Positions 11,400 through 24,600 of a stretch of DNA of 54,623 nt are shown here, in pieces. Both the position numbers and the translations under genes were made by a program. The first letter of the stretch is position 1, and each line of letters begins with the position of its first letter. The notes beneath the pieces were generated by a model, which did no database searches, was not told the origin of the DNA, and saw only the letters and a list, made by a program, of their open reading frames with translations. Source of the DNA: Octopus bimaculoides (taxonomy: Eukaryota); the NCBI RefSeq assembly GCF_001194135.2, contig NC_068986.1, forward strand, positions 7,024,193-7,078,815, read 5' to 3'.

Positions 11400-12540
11400 G
11401 AGAGGTATGCATAAGTGGGCTGGCTACACCCCTGGATTATGACCTCACTTGGCTTGCTGGCTCTTCTCACGCACAGCATATTTCCAAAGATCTCGGTCAC
11501 AAGTCATTGCCTCAGTGAGGCCTAATGTTCGAAGGTCGTGCTTCACCATCTCATCCCAGGTCTTCCTCTTCCACAGGTTCCCTCAACTGTTAGGGTGTGG
11601 CACTTTTTCACGCAGCTATCCTCATCCATTCTCACCACATGTCCATACCAGCGCAATCGTCTCTCTTGCACACCACAACTGATGCTTCATAGGTTCAACT
11701 TTTCTCTCAAGTTACTTACACTCTGTCAAGTNNNNNNNNNNNNNNNNNNNNNNNNNNNNNNNNNNNNNNNNNNNNNNNNNNNNNNNNNNNNNNNNNNNNN
11801 NNNNNNNNNNNNNNNNNNNNNNNNNNNNNNNNNNNNNNNNNNNNNNNNNNNNNNNNNNNNNNNNNNNNNNNNNNNNNNNNNNNNNNNNNNNNNNNNNNNN
11901 NNNNNNNNNNNNNNNNNNNNNNNNNNNNNNNNNNNNNNNNNNNNNNNNNNNNNNNNNNNNNNNNNNNNNNNNNNNNNNNNNNNNNNNNNNNNNNNNNNNN
12001 NNNNNNNNNNNNNNNNNNNNNNNNNNNNNNNNNNNNNNNNNNNNNNNNNNNNNNNNNNNNNNNNNNNNNNNNNNNNNNNNNNNNNNNNNNNNNNNNNNNN
12101 NNNNNNNNNNNNNNNNNNNNNNNNNNNNNNNNNNNNNNNNNNNNNNNNNNNNNNNNNNNNNNNNNNNNTTTTCTGTCTATTTTCAGTGTTTATTGCTCCT
12201 GAGCATCTGCCACAAACAAAAACTATCTTCCCAGTTAGCCTTCCTTTGATGTTGCTGCACCTCTTATGTGTCCATACCTTACACTGGGTACATCTTATAG
12301 AGTTTCTACCTACGCCTTTTCTACAGATCAAGCAGGGCCATCTACCTGAAGGGGTTTGTGTTTTGTCTACCTTCCTACTTATTAGGACTTTGGTTTTAGC
12401 TAGGTTGACTCTAAGGCCCTTCGATTCTAGTCCTTGCTTCCACACCTGAAACTTCTCCTCTAGTTCTGATACTGACTTAGCAATTAGTGCAAGGTCATCA
12501 GCATAGAGGAGCTCCCAGGGACGTCCTGTCTCGGTATTTC
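11400..12540 (-). mobile_element. RTE LINE 3' part (RT end, PHD-like finger, C-terminus), interrupted by an N gap
   Basis: WELLYADDL, GLRVNLAKTKV, CLICRKGVGRNSIRCTQCKVWTHKRC. Confidence 0.92.
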
Positions 12541-12584
12541 TCCTGCAGCTGTCTTACCAGAAATATAGCACACATAAATACACA

Positions 12585-12765
12585 TATAAATAAATACACA
12601 CAACAGGCTTCTTTCAGTTTCTGTCTACCAAATCCACTCACAAGGCTTTGATCGACCCAAGGCTATAGCAGAAGACACTTGCCCATGGTGCCATGCAGTG
12701 ATATGAACCTGAAACTATGTGATTGGGAAGCAAGCTTTTTACCACACAACCACGCCAGCTCCTAT
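12585..12765 (-). mobile_element. SINE family A, partial (5' half)
   Basis: ggcttctttcagtttctgtctaccaaatccactcacaagg...accacacaaccac matches family A. Confidence 0.75.
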
Positions 12766-12984
12766 GAAAACATTTCTAGAAAAAGTGTTGTAAAACATTA
12801 AAAATCCTCTCTAATCAGTTTTAGTAAAGAATCTCTGAATGCTCTTCAATGAGCAAAAAACAACCATAAAACATTCCCATTCCACAAGTTCAATTTCTAT
12901 GGCTGTTGCAGTTTTTACCTGATATTGTAAATTAACAGGGTTTTGGACTTAATGATTTTCAACAGAAGTTTATTTCCTAAAATG

Positions 12985-13860
12985 AATCATCATCATCGTT
13001 TAATGTCTGTTTTCCATGCTGGCATGGGTTGGACGGTTCGACTGGGGTTTGGTAAGCCAGGAGACCGCACCAGGCTCCAATCTGATCTGGCAATGTTTCT
13101 ACAGCTGGATGCCCTTCGTAACACCAACCGCTCCGAGAGTGTAGTGGGTGCTTTTTACATGCCACCGGCACAAGGAGCCAGAGGAGCTGGCATTGATCAC
13201 GATCGGATGGTGCTTTTTACGTGCCACTGGCACGGAAGTCAGTCAAGGCGACGCTGGCATTGGCCACGTTCGGATGGTGCTTTAGACATGCTACTGGCAC
13301 AGGGCTCACAACTACAATTTCCATTTGATTTGATTTTGCTGATGTTAATGTACTTGACTCAATAGGTTTCCTCAAGCACGGCATGTTGCCCTACAACCCG
13401 AGGTACTTCTAAGTGGGCTGGTTATGCGACACTGGTATAGGTTACAGCTGTGAACTCACTTTATTTGCCGGGTCTTCTCAGTCACAGTATATCTCCAGAT
13501 GTCTCTGCCTTTCGTCATTGCCTGTGAGGCCCAAAAGTTCGAAGGTCATGCTTCACCACCTCATCCCATGTCTTCCCCTATCCTAGACTCCTTCAGCTGT
13601 TTGGAAGTGGCACTTCTTCACACAGCTCCCCTCCTCATCCGTCCGTAGTACATGACCATACCAATGCAAATGCCTGTCTTACACGCCACATCCGATGCTT
13701 CTTACGTCCAACATTTCTCTCAGGGCGCTTACACTCTCTCGTGTGTGTACACTTACATTACACATCCAAATTTCTTTCACGCCTACACAAGTCTTCAGCA
13801 GTCACGGCCCATGTTTCACTGCCGTAAAGCATGGCATTTCACGCAGGCACAGCAGGAACA
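12985..13860 (-). mobile_element. 5'-truncated RTE LINE with 3'UTR and (GAT)n tail
   Basis: C-terminal ORF remnant at 13480-13860, tandem-unit UTR, terminal module ending at the catcatcat tract near 12985. Confidence 0.85.
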
Positions 13861-14077
13861 AAACTGTTCACTTTGATATGGTCTGTCATTACTTTATATT
13901 TGAAGAGTTCAAAGAACAGACTGGAATGTTCTTTCTGCTCTACATTTTTATGTTTGTTTACTAAATGTAGAATAACAATTTGTTTTAAATAAACTTTAAA
14001 AGCAAGTCTTGTAGAGATGCTTTTTTTTTAAAAAACGCACAGTGTTTATATTATCCAATTCCATTTTTCCTTTTCAG

Positions 14078-14202
14078 AAATTCGCCCAATGCAGAAAGAA
14101 CTGAGGAGAAAGCAGAATGAGGAATCCATAACCCTTGAACAAATTCAAGGTGAAAAGGAACTTCAACAGAAAAAATCTGATTCTGAAACCCTCTACTCTT
14201 AG
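14078..14202 (+). CDS. COX14: COX14-like coding exon 2 (EIRPMQKELRRKQNEESITLEQIQGEKELQQKKSDSETLYS*); protein totals 82 aa
   Basis: Acceptor catttttccttttcag at 14077, phase 1 matches the previous exon, charged tail, TAG at 14200-14202. Confidence 0.7.
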
Positions 14203-15119
14203 AAGTCTGGGATGAACAATTTTTGGTTTATTAACTGTTGTTGCTGTTAGGTAAACAGCATAAAAGTTTTTGTTTTCCTTTTGAGCCAAAACAGAAATTC
14301 GAAAGCATGATCGGAATGTTACATAGAACATATATTAAGCAGGAATTGTTATTAAATCCTTTCATAAAGGGCAGGAGTAAAATTGCAACTCTTTCTTGCA
14401 GCATTTTAAATTTTATTGGCTGCTTAAGTATGCCAAATGTATTTCTTTTGTAAATATAATGTTTCAAAAGATGTTTTTCTTTAGAGTTATGTTGTTTGTC
14501 AAGATCTTTCTGAACAACAGTAATTTTAACAGTTACTAACCTCCACAACAATTTGATGAAATACAAAGCGCTGGAGTTTGCTCATTTTTTCTAAACTCTT
14601 TAAAATTCTATTTAGAGATAATTGCTTTGAGATGTAAGAAACAGGTTATTGTCAAAAAGCCATCAAAATCTGACTCTGCTGACTATAAACCTGTTCAATC
14701 ATATCTTACACTTGTGTGCAGCTCATACACTTTCTTCAACTTTGCATAGGCCTCTGAGCAGGTATCGCTACGACAACTTCCTCTGCCGTGGTCAATGCGA
14801 CAATCACACACTACACACCTTCCTTCCAAGCACTGCTGTAAACAGCAGAAGTGAGCTAGAATGTTAAATCTTAGTATGCATGCACAGCAGATTTTAAGGT
14901 TGATCTTTATCGAGTGGCTTCACTCTGCATGATTTAGGTTCGTTACTATGGCCACATCTCGGACACTTATTGATCAGGCCTTGTAATTATTGAAGCAACC
15001 ACACAGAATCTATGATGGCACATATCAAGAGTTATAATGATAGTCATTGCTTTTTCAACAGCACAAATATCCCACCATTTCAAGTATAAAAGAAACAACA
15101 GTCTTGTATGATTGTTACC

Positions 15120-15500
15120 AATGTTAAATTTCACAATTCTCTATGGTTCAAACATTGGGCTTCACTCTTTAAAGCCAGCCTAACCTCAACCCTGATTCTT
15201 TGTAGTAAGTTCAATGTCTGCATGATACTACTGCTATGTTGCACACTAACATCCAACAGCCAGTCAACTGATTGTCGACAATTCACCATCAGACATCAAC
15301 TAGACATTCCTTGCATACCCTCTGAACAAGCTATTTGCATACCCTCTCAATGCAGGTCCACTCATTTTACTGGGGGTTTTTTTTTCTATCACTTCAACTA
15401 TCTAGAAACCTTATTTGATCCTTTTCTCCTGCTCCTTGCAACCCTCAGAAATTCCTTCAGGCAGCTATTCAAAATTACCAGTCATGGAAGGCCTGAACAT
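15120..15500 (+). mobile_element. Possible old CR1/Jockey-type endonuclease fragment
   Basis: LILCSKFNV resembles the LILCGDFN motif, followed by LDI-like residues; weak. Confidence 0.3.
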
Positions 15501-15640
15501 AGACATTATTCATGGCTTCTCTGCCTTAGTTACTCCTACGTACAGTCTTAGATCATTATTCATATTTGTACAGTATTTCAACCCAAGCTGTTAAGCTTCC
15601 ACATTTATTATTGGCAGTCCATAACACTGTCACTATATAC

Positions 15641-15842
15641 ATCATCATCATCGTTTAACGTCCGCTTTCCATGCTAGCATGGGTTGGACGATTTGACTGA
15701 GGACTGGCGAACCAGATAGCTACACCAGGCTCCAATCTGATTTGGCAGAGTTTCTACAGCTGGATGCCCTTCCTAACGCCAACCACTCCGAGAGTGTAGT
15801 GGGTGCTTTTACGTGCCACTGGCACGAAGGCCAGTCAGGCGA
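15641..15842 (-). mobile_element. Young copy of the RTE-associated ~200-bp terminal module
   Basis: Near-identical to 33663-33895 and 42860-43050. Confidence 0.88.
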
Positions 15843-16259
15843 TGAAAAAAAATAAACCCATTTCCTATTCATAAATAATACATATCAAAGCAGAGGAGAA
15901 GCAGAAAGCATGAGAATTAGAGGTGTGAGGTGTTCTGGTTTGCAAGACAGTGTGAAGGAAAGAATCCAAGTATTGCTGGTTAGAAGTCAGTGTGTGTGTG
16001 TGTACATTAAGTGATTCTGAAAAGAAAGAGGCATGAAAGTGCTACTATGAAAGGTTTATTAAATGTTGAGGATGCATTGCAAAAAGAGAGCCTTCCCAAC
16101 ACAGACCAACCATTCTTATAGACACTACAATAGATGATGTAATTAAGGACATGAAAACAAGAAAGGAGCAGAGGGAAGCACTGAGATGCTTAAAATATAA
16201 GGCAGGGTGACTGGTGTAGCAGCATTTACAGTCAACTGTCACAAAAGGAAAAAGAGGTG

Positions 16260-17150
16260 CCTTAGAGAGAAGTAATTATAGAGGTGTGAAATTATGGGAC
16301 CAGTTTATGAAAGAGCTGTAACTCAACTAATTAAGAAGAGGGACCAAGATGAAATGCAGTTTGGTTTTGTGCCAGAGAAAAGTACTACTGATACTTTCTA
16401 GTAAGACATTACAGAAGTGTTTAATTACAAAATGAGCTGCTGTACTTAGAATTTGTCAATCTGAAGAAAGTCTCTGACAGAATCTCTAGCTCTTGTAATC
16501 TAGTGGTCACTGAAGAAGCTAGGAAGTGAGGAATGTCTAATGTGAGCCATGTACAGGGGTACTGTCAATTAGGTGAGAATTAACAATAAGCAGGTAGGAA
16601 TCCATCAGGGTTTGGTTGTAGGTCTCCACCTATTCAGTCCTCCAGGCTATTAGAATTTAAGATGAGAGCATGTTTATGTCGATGAACTTATAGCTGAATC
16701 TGTAGGACCTGAAAAAATATATCAGTTGTTGAAACAAAACCTTGAATCAAACTGCTTCAAGGTAAACAAAGACCAAAATTCTAGTCAACAGGAAAAGAGA
16801 TAAGAGTACTGCTCCCCTTATTTGATATACAGAAAAGGGGTCGGTAGAAATATACTGGGCAGTGTAGTATAAACTATGGACACATAAAATGCAGTGGTAT
16901 CAGAAGTCGGTCAACAGATATGCAGAGAAGCAATAGATACTAAGAGCAAAGCAGGGGGAACATATCTTTTTTTAATTCCAGGAAATTGCCAAACAGTTAT
17001 AGTTTCTGTTACTTTGACAAGCAAATTAGCAGTTGAGGGGGATGTTATGAAAGTATATTTGTTAGAATAAGAAGAGAATAGAGAAAGTTCACCTAACTAT
17101 TACCTCTGTTGGCTACAGAAGGTTTCTTTCTCAAAGGCAGAAGCAGATTG
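16260..17150 (+). mobile_element. Highly degenerate RTE RT fragment
   Basis: EMQFGFVPEKSTTD and LLPLLATEGF remnants. Confidence 0.75.
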
Positions 17151-17329
17151 CATGATGCTTGTGTATGAACAGCACATAGAAGTTATGTGTGGGCCTTGAA
17201 TGTTGTAGACTTAAAAAACTAGAAATAAATGAAGCAAATATGCTGTGATAAACGTGCAATGTGTACAGAGATAGTCGTATAGATGCATATATTAATAAGG
17301 GCTCTTTCAACTTCAACATAGCTTCATAA

Positions 17330-18600
17330 AATGATGACAGTGGGCTGATCTTAAGAGTACCTCAAGTAACACTGGACTAGCACTAGCACCTGGGGGAGAC
17401 ATACACACCCTCCCCTTCACATAACTTTGCTGGCATTTTATAGCTACAATTCAACCAAACTCTTTTCAGTGAGCAATAGTGATGTCAGAGTAGGCATATT
17501 GTTAGCTGAGAGATGGATAGACAAAGGAGTCACAATGCCTGATATGATAATTAAGACTAGTTATAGGCAACTCAGGATATGCCCTACAGGTGGGATTGAC
17601 TTGATGAGACCCTGACTACTTCAATGACAACTGTCAACGGTCTCATCCTCATAGCTGGTGACTTCAGTAGATGTTGTTGGTCAACATGTTGATAGCTTTC
17701 ATGGCGTACACAGAAACTCTAGTTATGGTTCAAGAAATGAAGAGGAGTGTGTGGGTTCCTGGAGTTCTGTGGAGCAACTGATCTAACAGTTTGTAACATG
17801 CACTTTAGGAAACCAGCTAAAATCTAATCATCTACCAATCTGATCACCAGCACACAAGTCAGATAGATTACATTCTCACCAGGAAACAGAAGGGTTATTG
17901 TGAATACCAAAACCTTTCCTGGGGAAGGATGCACAACACGCATAAGTCAATGGCTAGTGACTTCAGACGAAAAAAAAAATGGAAAATAATATATACAAAA
18001 GAAGATATGGAAACTAAAAGATCTTGCAATCAAGAAGAGATTCAGAGAAATTCTAATTGACACATGACTGTAGGGAGGCAGATTTAGATATCTGTTGCAG
18101 AGATGACTAGGAATTTCAATGCAATAACCAGATTAAGACTACAGAACAGAGCCAAGCCATAAGTAACATAGAATAATACAGTTGATAGGCCAGATAAGTC
18201 TAAGAGACAGGCTTGGAAAGCCTGTTGGCCAAGGAAGCTAATGACTTAATGAGTATCAAAATGATAGGTGTTCTCAGCTAAAAGTGAGTTAGCAAGAAAG
18301 AGATTTGCATGTATCCTGCAACAGAAGGGTCAGAGGTATGAAGTGTTCAGAAATATAAGATAATGTACGAGAAAGAACTGAGATGTTATTGGTGAGAAGT
18401 GTATTCGGAATGATGATGACATACTGCTGGTGTGGAACAAAAGAAACTGGCATGGAAATGCTATTAGGAAAGTCTGATGAAGTGTGAAGAATCCTTGGGA
18501 TAAACAGGGATTACCCTAAGCTGATCCAAAACAGTGACCTGCAATTCATGTTGACATCAGTATGTTAAATAAAATAATAAAAGACATGAAAAGCAGGGGC
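17330..18600 (+). mobile_element. Highly degenerate RTE endonuclease fragment
   Basis: VGILLAERWID, LIAGDF, FRKPA, QIDYILTRKQ remnants. Confidence 0.75.
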
Positions 18601-18619
18601 TGATTAGGGAGAGTTGCAG

Positions 18620-19630
18620 ACGTGCTTAAGAAAACTTCTCACACAACAAACCAAACTACATCTCTTCCTCACATTTCCACTTCATGCACTATGCTTATCA
18701 ATCCTGTCCTCTTGGCCCCATCTCACTGTATCATTGCTATCCGCTAGACCCCCCACCCTCGACCTGTGTGTTCCACTCACACGTAATAAGAAAACTTTTC
18801 ATACACCCTAACCCTAACAAACCACTCTACATCTCTTCTCTTCCTCACATTTCCTCCTTCATGCACTTTACCTACCTCTCACTCCCCACAGCCCTGCTTT
18901 GCAATCTGGTAGCCCCACCCAGCTTTTCCTGGATATACTACTCATTTCCCCTACCCACTCCCTAATCATGCTTCTTTGACAATATCCTGCCATTTATATT
19001 ATAACATTCAAACCTCAAGAGTCTACCCTGACACTTGCCATCATTTCTCTCTCTCTCTCTCTCTGACTTTACTTGATAATCCCATTTATGTTCTGATCCC
19101 TGTCCCTTGTGTGTCCAGCACTTTGCCACCATCACTATCCTGCTGTCTCCCACTCTCTCCTTTTCCTGCACTTCCTTCTGACTGGGCAACCATGTAGCTC
19201 CTTTGTGGTAGCACACCTGTTTCTGTCCTCATTCCTGATCCCCCCGACCCCCCACCAGCTGGGTAACCTTGTACCTCCTCTACAACAAGACACCTGTTTT
19301 TGTCTTACTACCTTTCATCGTCAGACACAAGATCACCTCCCCACTCAAAAGATTTTTGCCTTGCAAGTTACCAGGTGACCCTGTGAGTGCAGGTGCCACT
19401 TAAAAAGCATCGAGTCCACACAATAAAGTGGTTGGTATTTGGAAGGGCATCCAGCAGTAAAAACCTTGCCAAAACTGACCTTGCTTGTGTTTACGTACTA
19501 AGCACTAAGTTCACTCTGTTGGGTGGTTGGTGTTAGGAAGGGCATCCAGCTGTAAAACCCCTACCAAAACAGAAGTCTGGTGCAGGCTCCTGCCAAATCG
19601 TCCCACCCATGCCAGCATCAAAGGTGGATG
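18620..19630 (+). mobile_element. Pyrimidine-rich long RTE 3'UTR with terminal module(s)
   Basis: Colinear with 50050-51220; ends in aagggcatccagc...(gat)n. Confidence 0.75.
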
Positions 19631-19758
19631 TTAAACGATGATGATGATGATATATATATATATATATATACAGAGAGAGAGAGAGGTGTGTTGGATTGTT
19701 GGTAAGGCTGTTATTGTATGTGCAGAATAGTTTTATAAGCCATCCATTTGATATATAT

Positions 19759-20108
19759 GGTCGTTGCCAGTGCCATCTGACTAGCTCCTGTGCCGGTGGC
19801 ACATAAAAAGCACCATTCAAGCATGGTTGATGCCAGTACCGCATGACTAGCTGCCATACCAGTGGCATGTAAAAAGCACCATTCGAGTGTGGTCGATGCC
19901 AGTACCACCTGACTGGCCCCAGTGCCAGTGGCACGTAAAAAGCACCCACTACACCCTCTGAATGGTTGGCGTTATGAAGGGCATCCAGCTGTAGAAACCT
20001 TGCCAGATCAGATTGGAGCCTGGAGCAGCCTTCTGGTTTGTCAGTCCTCAGTCAAACCGTCCAACCCATGCCAACATGGAAAGCGGACATTAGACGATGA
20101 TGATGATA
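19759..20108 (+). mobile_element. RTE 3' end with three tandem 66-bp units plus terminal module
   Basis: Units start at 19759, 19825 and 19891; (GAT)n tail near 20100. Confidence 0.85.
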
Positions 20109-20198
20109 AAGAGTTGGTTGAATCAAGTCCAACATTAACCTCAGACAAGATATTTTAGAAAACTGAAAGATCAAAAAAAAAGTAAAGCTTTGAGTTTC

Positions 20199-20596
20199 CT
20201 CTTCTCTTTTACTTGTTTCAGTCATCTGACTGCAGCCATGCTGGAGCACCACCTTTAGTCGAGAAAATCGACCCCAGGACTTATTCTTTGGATGTCTAGT
20301 ACTTATTCTATCGATCTCTTTTGCCAAACCACTAAGTTACGGGGACCTAAACACACCACCATCGGTTGTCAAGCGATGTTGGGGGGACAAACACAGACAC
20401 ACGAACACATACATATATATGTATATATACATATATATGACAGGCTTCTTTCAGTTTCCGTCTACCAAATCCACTCACAAGGCTTTGGTCGGCCCGAGGC
20501 TATAGTAGAAGACACTTGCCCAAGGTGCCACACAGTGGGAATGAACCCGGAACCATGTGGTTCGTAAGCAAGCTACTTACCACACAGCCACTCCTA
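20199..20596 (-). mobile_element. SINE family A
   Basis: Full-length similarity to 21237-21646 in the opposite orientation. Confidence 0.88.
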
Positions 20597-20975
20597 TGCC
20601 TATTCTTGTGAATATTCTCTGTAAAGGTCTTATGAAAATAAAATAATTTCAATGAATGCCCTTTCACATAATATGAAGCAAAGCTGTTATACTAACTAAC
20701 TAAAGATATCTACATACATTTGTTTTTGACTATGGCTTATGCTAATGGAAGTTAATATTGAAAAACTTAATATTGAAAAACTTAAGATGAAGTCCTGAAA
20801 ATAAAAATACACAACAGCAAAGATTTAGTGGCATAACTGTTTAACTCTTAAAACCAACCCGTTTCAGACCAACTTTAATTTTATCATACTATACTGCCTG
20901 TTTGGAATTTTTATTAAATTAAACCTTCCCCTCATTTTATCTAAGAACTTTTTTCTTAAGTCACACTATCAAAAC

Positions 20976-21150
20976 ATCATCATCATCATCATTTAACATC
21001 CCCCTTTCCATGGTGGCATGGGTTGGACAGCTCAATAAGAACAAATGCGCTAGAGAGCTCTAACTAGGTTTTATCTCTGTTTTGGCATAGTTTCTACAGT
21101 TGGATGCCTTTCCTAATCACTTTACAGAGTATACTGGGTACTTTTTATGT
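20976..21150 (-). mobile_element. Degenerate RTE terminal module
   Basis: catcatcatcatttaacatcc...ggttggac...ggatgcctttcctaa. Confidence 0.7.
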
Positions 21151-21236
21151 GGGATGAGCAATGGTAAGACAGCTATGTACCCACAAGATAAGACTCTCTC
21201 AAATGAGCGGGGTATACACTGAAGAAAAAAAAACTA

Positions 21237-21403
21237 TAGGAGTGGCTGTGTGGTAAGTAGCTAGCTTACCAACCACATGGTCCCGGGTTCAGTCCTACTG
21301 CGTGGCATCTTGGGCAAGTGTCTTCTACTATAGCCTCGGGCCGACCAAAGCTTTGTGAGTGGATTTGGTAGACGGAAACTGAAAGAAGCCCGTCGTATAT
21401 ATG

Positions 21404-21436
<33 letters not shown>

Positions 21437-21646
21437 ATATGTTTGTGTGTCTGTGTTTGTCCCCCTAGCATCGCTTGACAACCGATGCTGGTGTGTTTAT
21501 GTCCCCGTAACTTAGCGGTTCGGCAAAAGAGACCGATAGAATAAGTACTAGGCTTCTAAAGAATAAGTCCTGGGGTCGATTTGCTCGACTAAAGGCGGTG
21601 CTCCAGCATGGCCACAGTCAAAAGACTGAAACAAATAAAAGAATAG
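21237..21646 (+). mobile_element. SINE family A
   Basis: taggagtggctgtgtggtaag...gggttcagtcc...gactgaaacaaataaaagaa; multi-copy in the window. Confidence 0.88.
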
Positions 21647-24600
21647 ACGGAAAGGAGCAGGTGTCTTGCTGAAGAGGTGAATGCATGGCTTGCACTCTTT
21701 TCTATTTCCATTCCATGCTGTACAACAGGTCGGGACAGTTCCAGTAGTTTATTAGCTTTTCTGTTGAATATTGTCGCTAGGTCCTCTAAATTTTGCCAGT
21801 GATCCCTTATAAAGATTTCTCATGGTATAAACCATATCTGAGAGAAACAGATAGCATTGGCTCATTATGTGTCTGGGATCTTTTTTTCCTTCTTTTGAAT
21901 CCTTCAATATGTAAGCCAATGTTGCCACTGGTAGGATTTAGACTGTGAGTGAAAAGAGCTGGAAAATATTCAGCTAGGCAATAATAATTCCTTACAAAGT
22001 TTTGATTATTTTCAAAATCCATTGTAACATACTATATTTTATTAATAAGGATCGTGAAATGGTCAAAATGACTGAGCGCCACTTTACTGATAGCAGTCAT
22101 CAATCACTAAGAGACAATGGTTAATTAGAACTCTCCTACAAGATAGTTTAATATTAATTAACTACAATTGTTAATAAAACTGCATCTCAAACATCTAAGA
22201 AAATGAAATGTTTGACAGGTCAACTGATTTTGAAAAGAAAAAAGAAACTTAGGCCTAAATGAGAAAAGCTGCAGTAGGAATGGAAGAGATTGAGTCAAAT
22301 AACTTGAGTAAAATATAACTTACATGCAAGGCAACCAAAAGAAAATGATCCAACACTAGCAAAAGGTGAAATGAATCAGATCCAACAGCTGCTGTTGCTG
22401 TTAGTAGATAAAAAATATGATCATAACAAAAAACAATGCTTTGTATAGTAACAATAATTTTTATACATAAGTAAACTACAATGAGCCACTGTTTTCGTAA
22501 AAGTAGTCAACAATTCACTTTGCTGCACATTGGTCAATGGTTAAGAGTATAAATTGGTAAACAATGAACATTTTCCACTCAACAGTAGACAGAAGCAGGT
22601 AGTTTTATTTGGCTTCATAACTTTTAAAACAAACTTTTTCTTCCAGTAAATATCAGCTAATAGGATTCCATAAGTAAATGGAAGCATTGGAATGTCATAA
22701 CTAACATTTCTTTCCAAAAAGTTTTGACTTATATAATATCTGCTTAAAGAAAACCATCAAGAAGACAGGAACCAAAAGTTTGAGAAAATCTTCATAGAGC
22801 AGGATAATGAAAATAAAAGGTAATAAAAAACACAAAAAAAAAACACCCTAATTGCCAAACTTAGTTGATCCAGTATAAAGAAGCAAACAAGATATAAACT
22901 GGGATCCAAACACAGGCAGTTGTTGTTGTTGTTGTTGTTTGGTGAAAGCCTATGAAAAGTACAACAAGCTGTACCAGTTTACAATCACAAGTGAATGGGG
23001 GAAATCTAATTCACATTTTAATTGTTTATTTATCCTTTTTATTTTGTTTATTTTTTACAAGAATATACATCATTACAGGCCAGCTAATTCACTTTGTAAA
23101 CATTCATTATTGAGGATTCTGGAAGTGTCTAAATATTTACAAATTAGCTAAAAACAATATTGTTGAGATATCCTCAAGTGTATACAGTGCAGAGAGCTGC
23201 ATTGTATAGACATTAAAGTTAGTCTTGCAAAGAACTTGTGAAACAGACAATTTGACATTAAAAAAAAAAAAGACACTTCAAACAGTCAACACTATAAAAA
23301 AATGGAGTAAAATTTTAGAAGAGACAAAATTCTATGTCCTGCCTACAGTAGATTAAAAAATAAAGAATAAATAAAATAGAAAGACAAAAAAATTCAGAGA
23401 AACAAAGATACAAAAAGATAATCTGGAAAAATACATAAATTGATATAAGCATATGGATATCAGAAGTATACAAACATCATCATCATCATCATCATAGAAA
23501 ATGTTAAACTCTTATAATGAAAAGAAAAGACAAATAAATAGAACACTAATTCTAAGAAACAACCTGATATAAAAAGAGTATATTACTTTATGTTTGGGTT
23601 CATAGAAATATGTTCGATGTCCTAGCAAAACTATTTCTTACAAGGGTTAGAGTCTACAATATAGATGGTTATTAGCTAAAATTTGAAATTTCTGTGCAAA
23701 ATTTCTTTTTATCACCTCCAAAAAAGCAGAGAAATTGACAACATCTGAAAGAACCAGTTGGCATTAATCTGCTCTAACTAGGCATCTGTCTTACTACAGA
23801 GTTTGCCAACGAAAGCATTTAATATAACATGCCAGTTTGTTTCAATCACAAAAACCCAACTGGACAAGCTATTTTGAAATCTAATCCTTTAATGCGTCAT
23901 TAAAAAACTTTTGTATTTATAAATTAAATGCTAACAATATTACTTAAATCTTTTCCCATTGCATTTTATGAAAAACTGCATAAAATGTCAAGAAAAAAAC
24001 TTAAACACCATATCTTTTTTACAGAGAAAATAAACAGGGTAATTATGCATTCTTTATCGAGAAGTTACATTTTCATATTAATGCATAATTTAAAATAAAC
24101 TCCATTTAGCTGTTACAAAAAAAAAAAAAAAAAAATTACAACGAAATAAACGAAGCATGCAAAATATCTAGGAATAAAGTTTGATCTCATTATAGAAGAG
24201 TGACTTTATTCAAAATATTCTTACCTCTTGAAATTTCACTTTTAAAATATGAGTAAAACTGAAATGATTTTCTCTGACTATCAACCATTAGATGATGTGT
24301 TTTTTTAAAATCATGTGTGTGAGTGATGAGTGATGTTAAGATGCTCTGGTTGATTTATAAAGACATTATTGCATTTTCTTAATTAGTTATTTAATAATAA
24401 TAATATCATCATCATCAGAATTATTATTATTATTATTATTATGCAAGACTGAAAGTGGTTTTAAAAAATGTTATGTAGTAAGAAAGAACTACATAACATT
24501 TCCAGTAAGGAATTATAACATCAATATGGTGACTAGAATCTAAAAACCAAGAAAAACTGAACTGAAGTATTTGAAGTTTAAGGTGATCTTCGATTAAAAA

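Noticed and set aside
19759-19947. Regularly spaced repeats superficially resembling a CRISPR array
   Set aside because: Eukaryotic context, units are diverged tandem copies without unique spacers, there are no cas genes, and they are part of a LINE 3'UTR.
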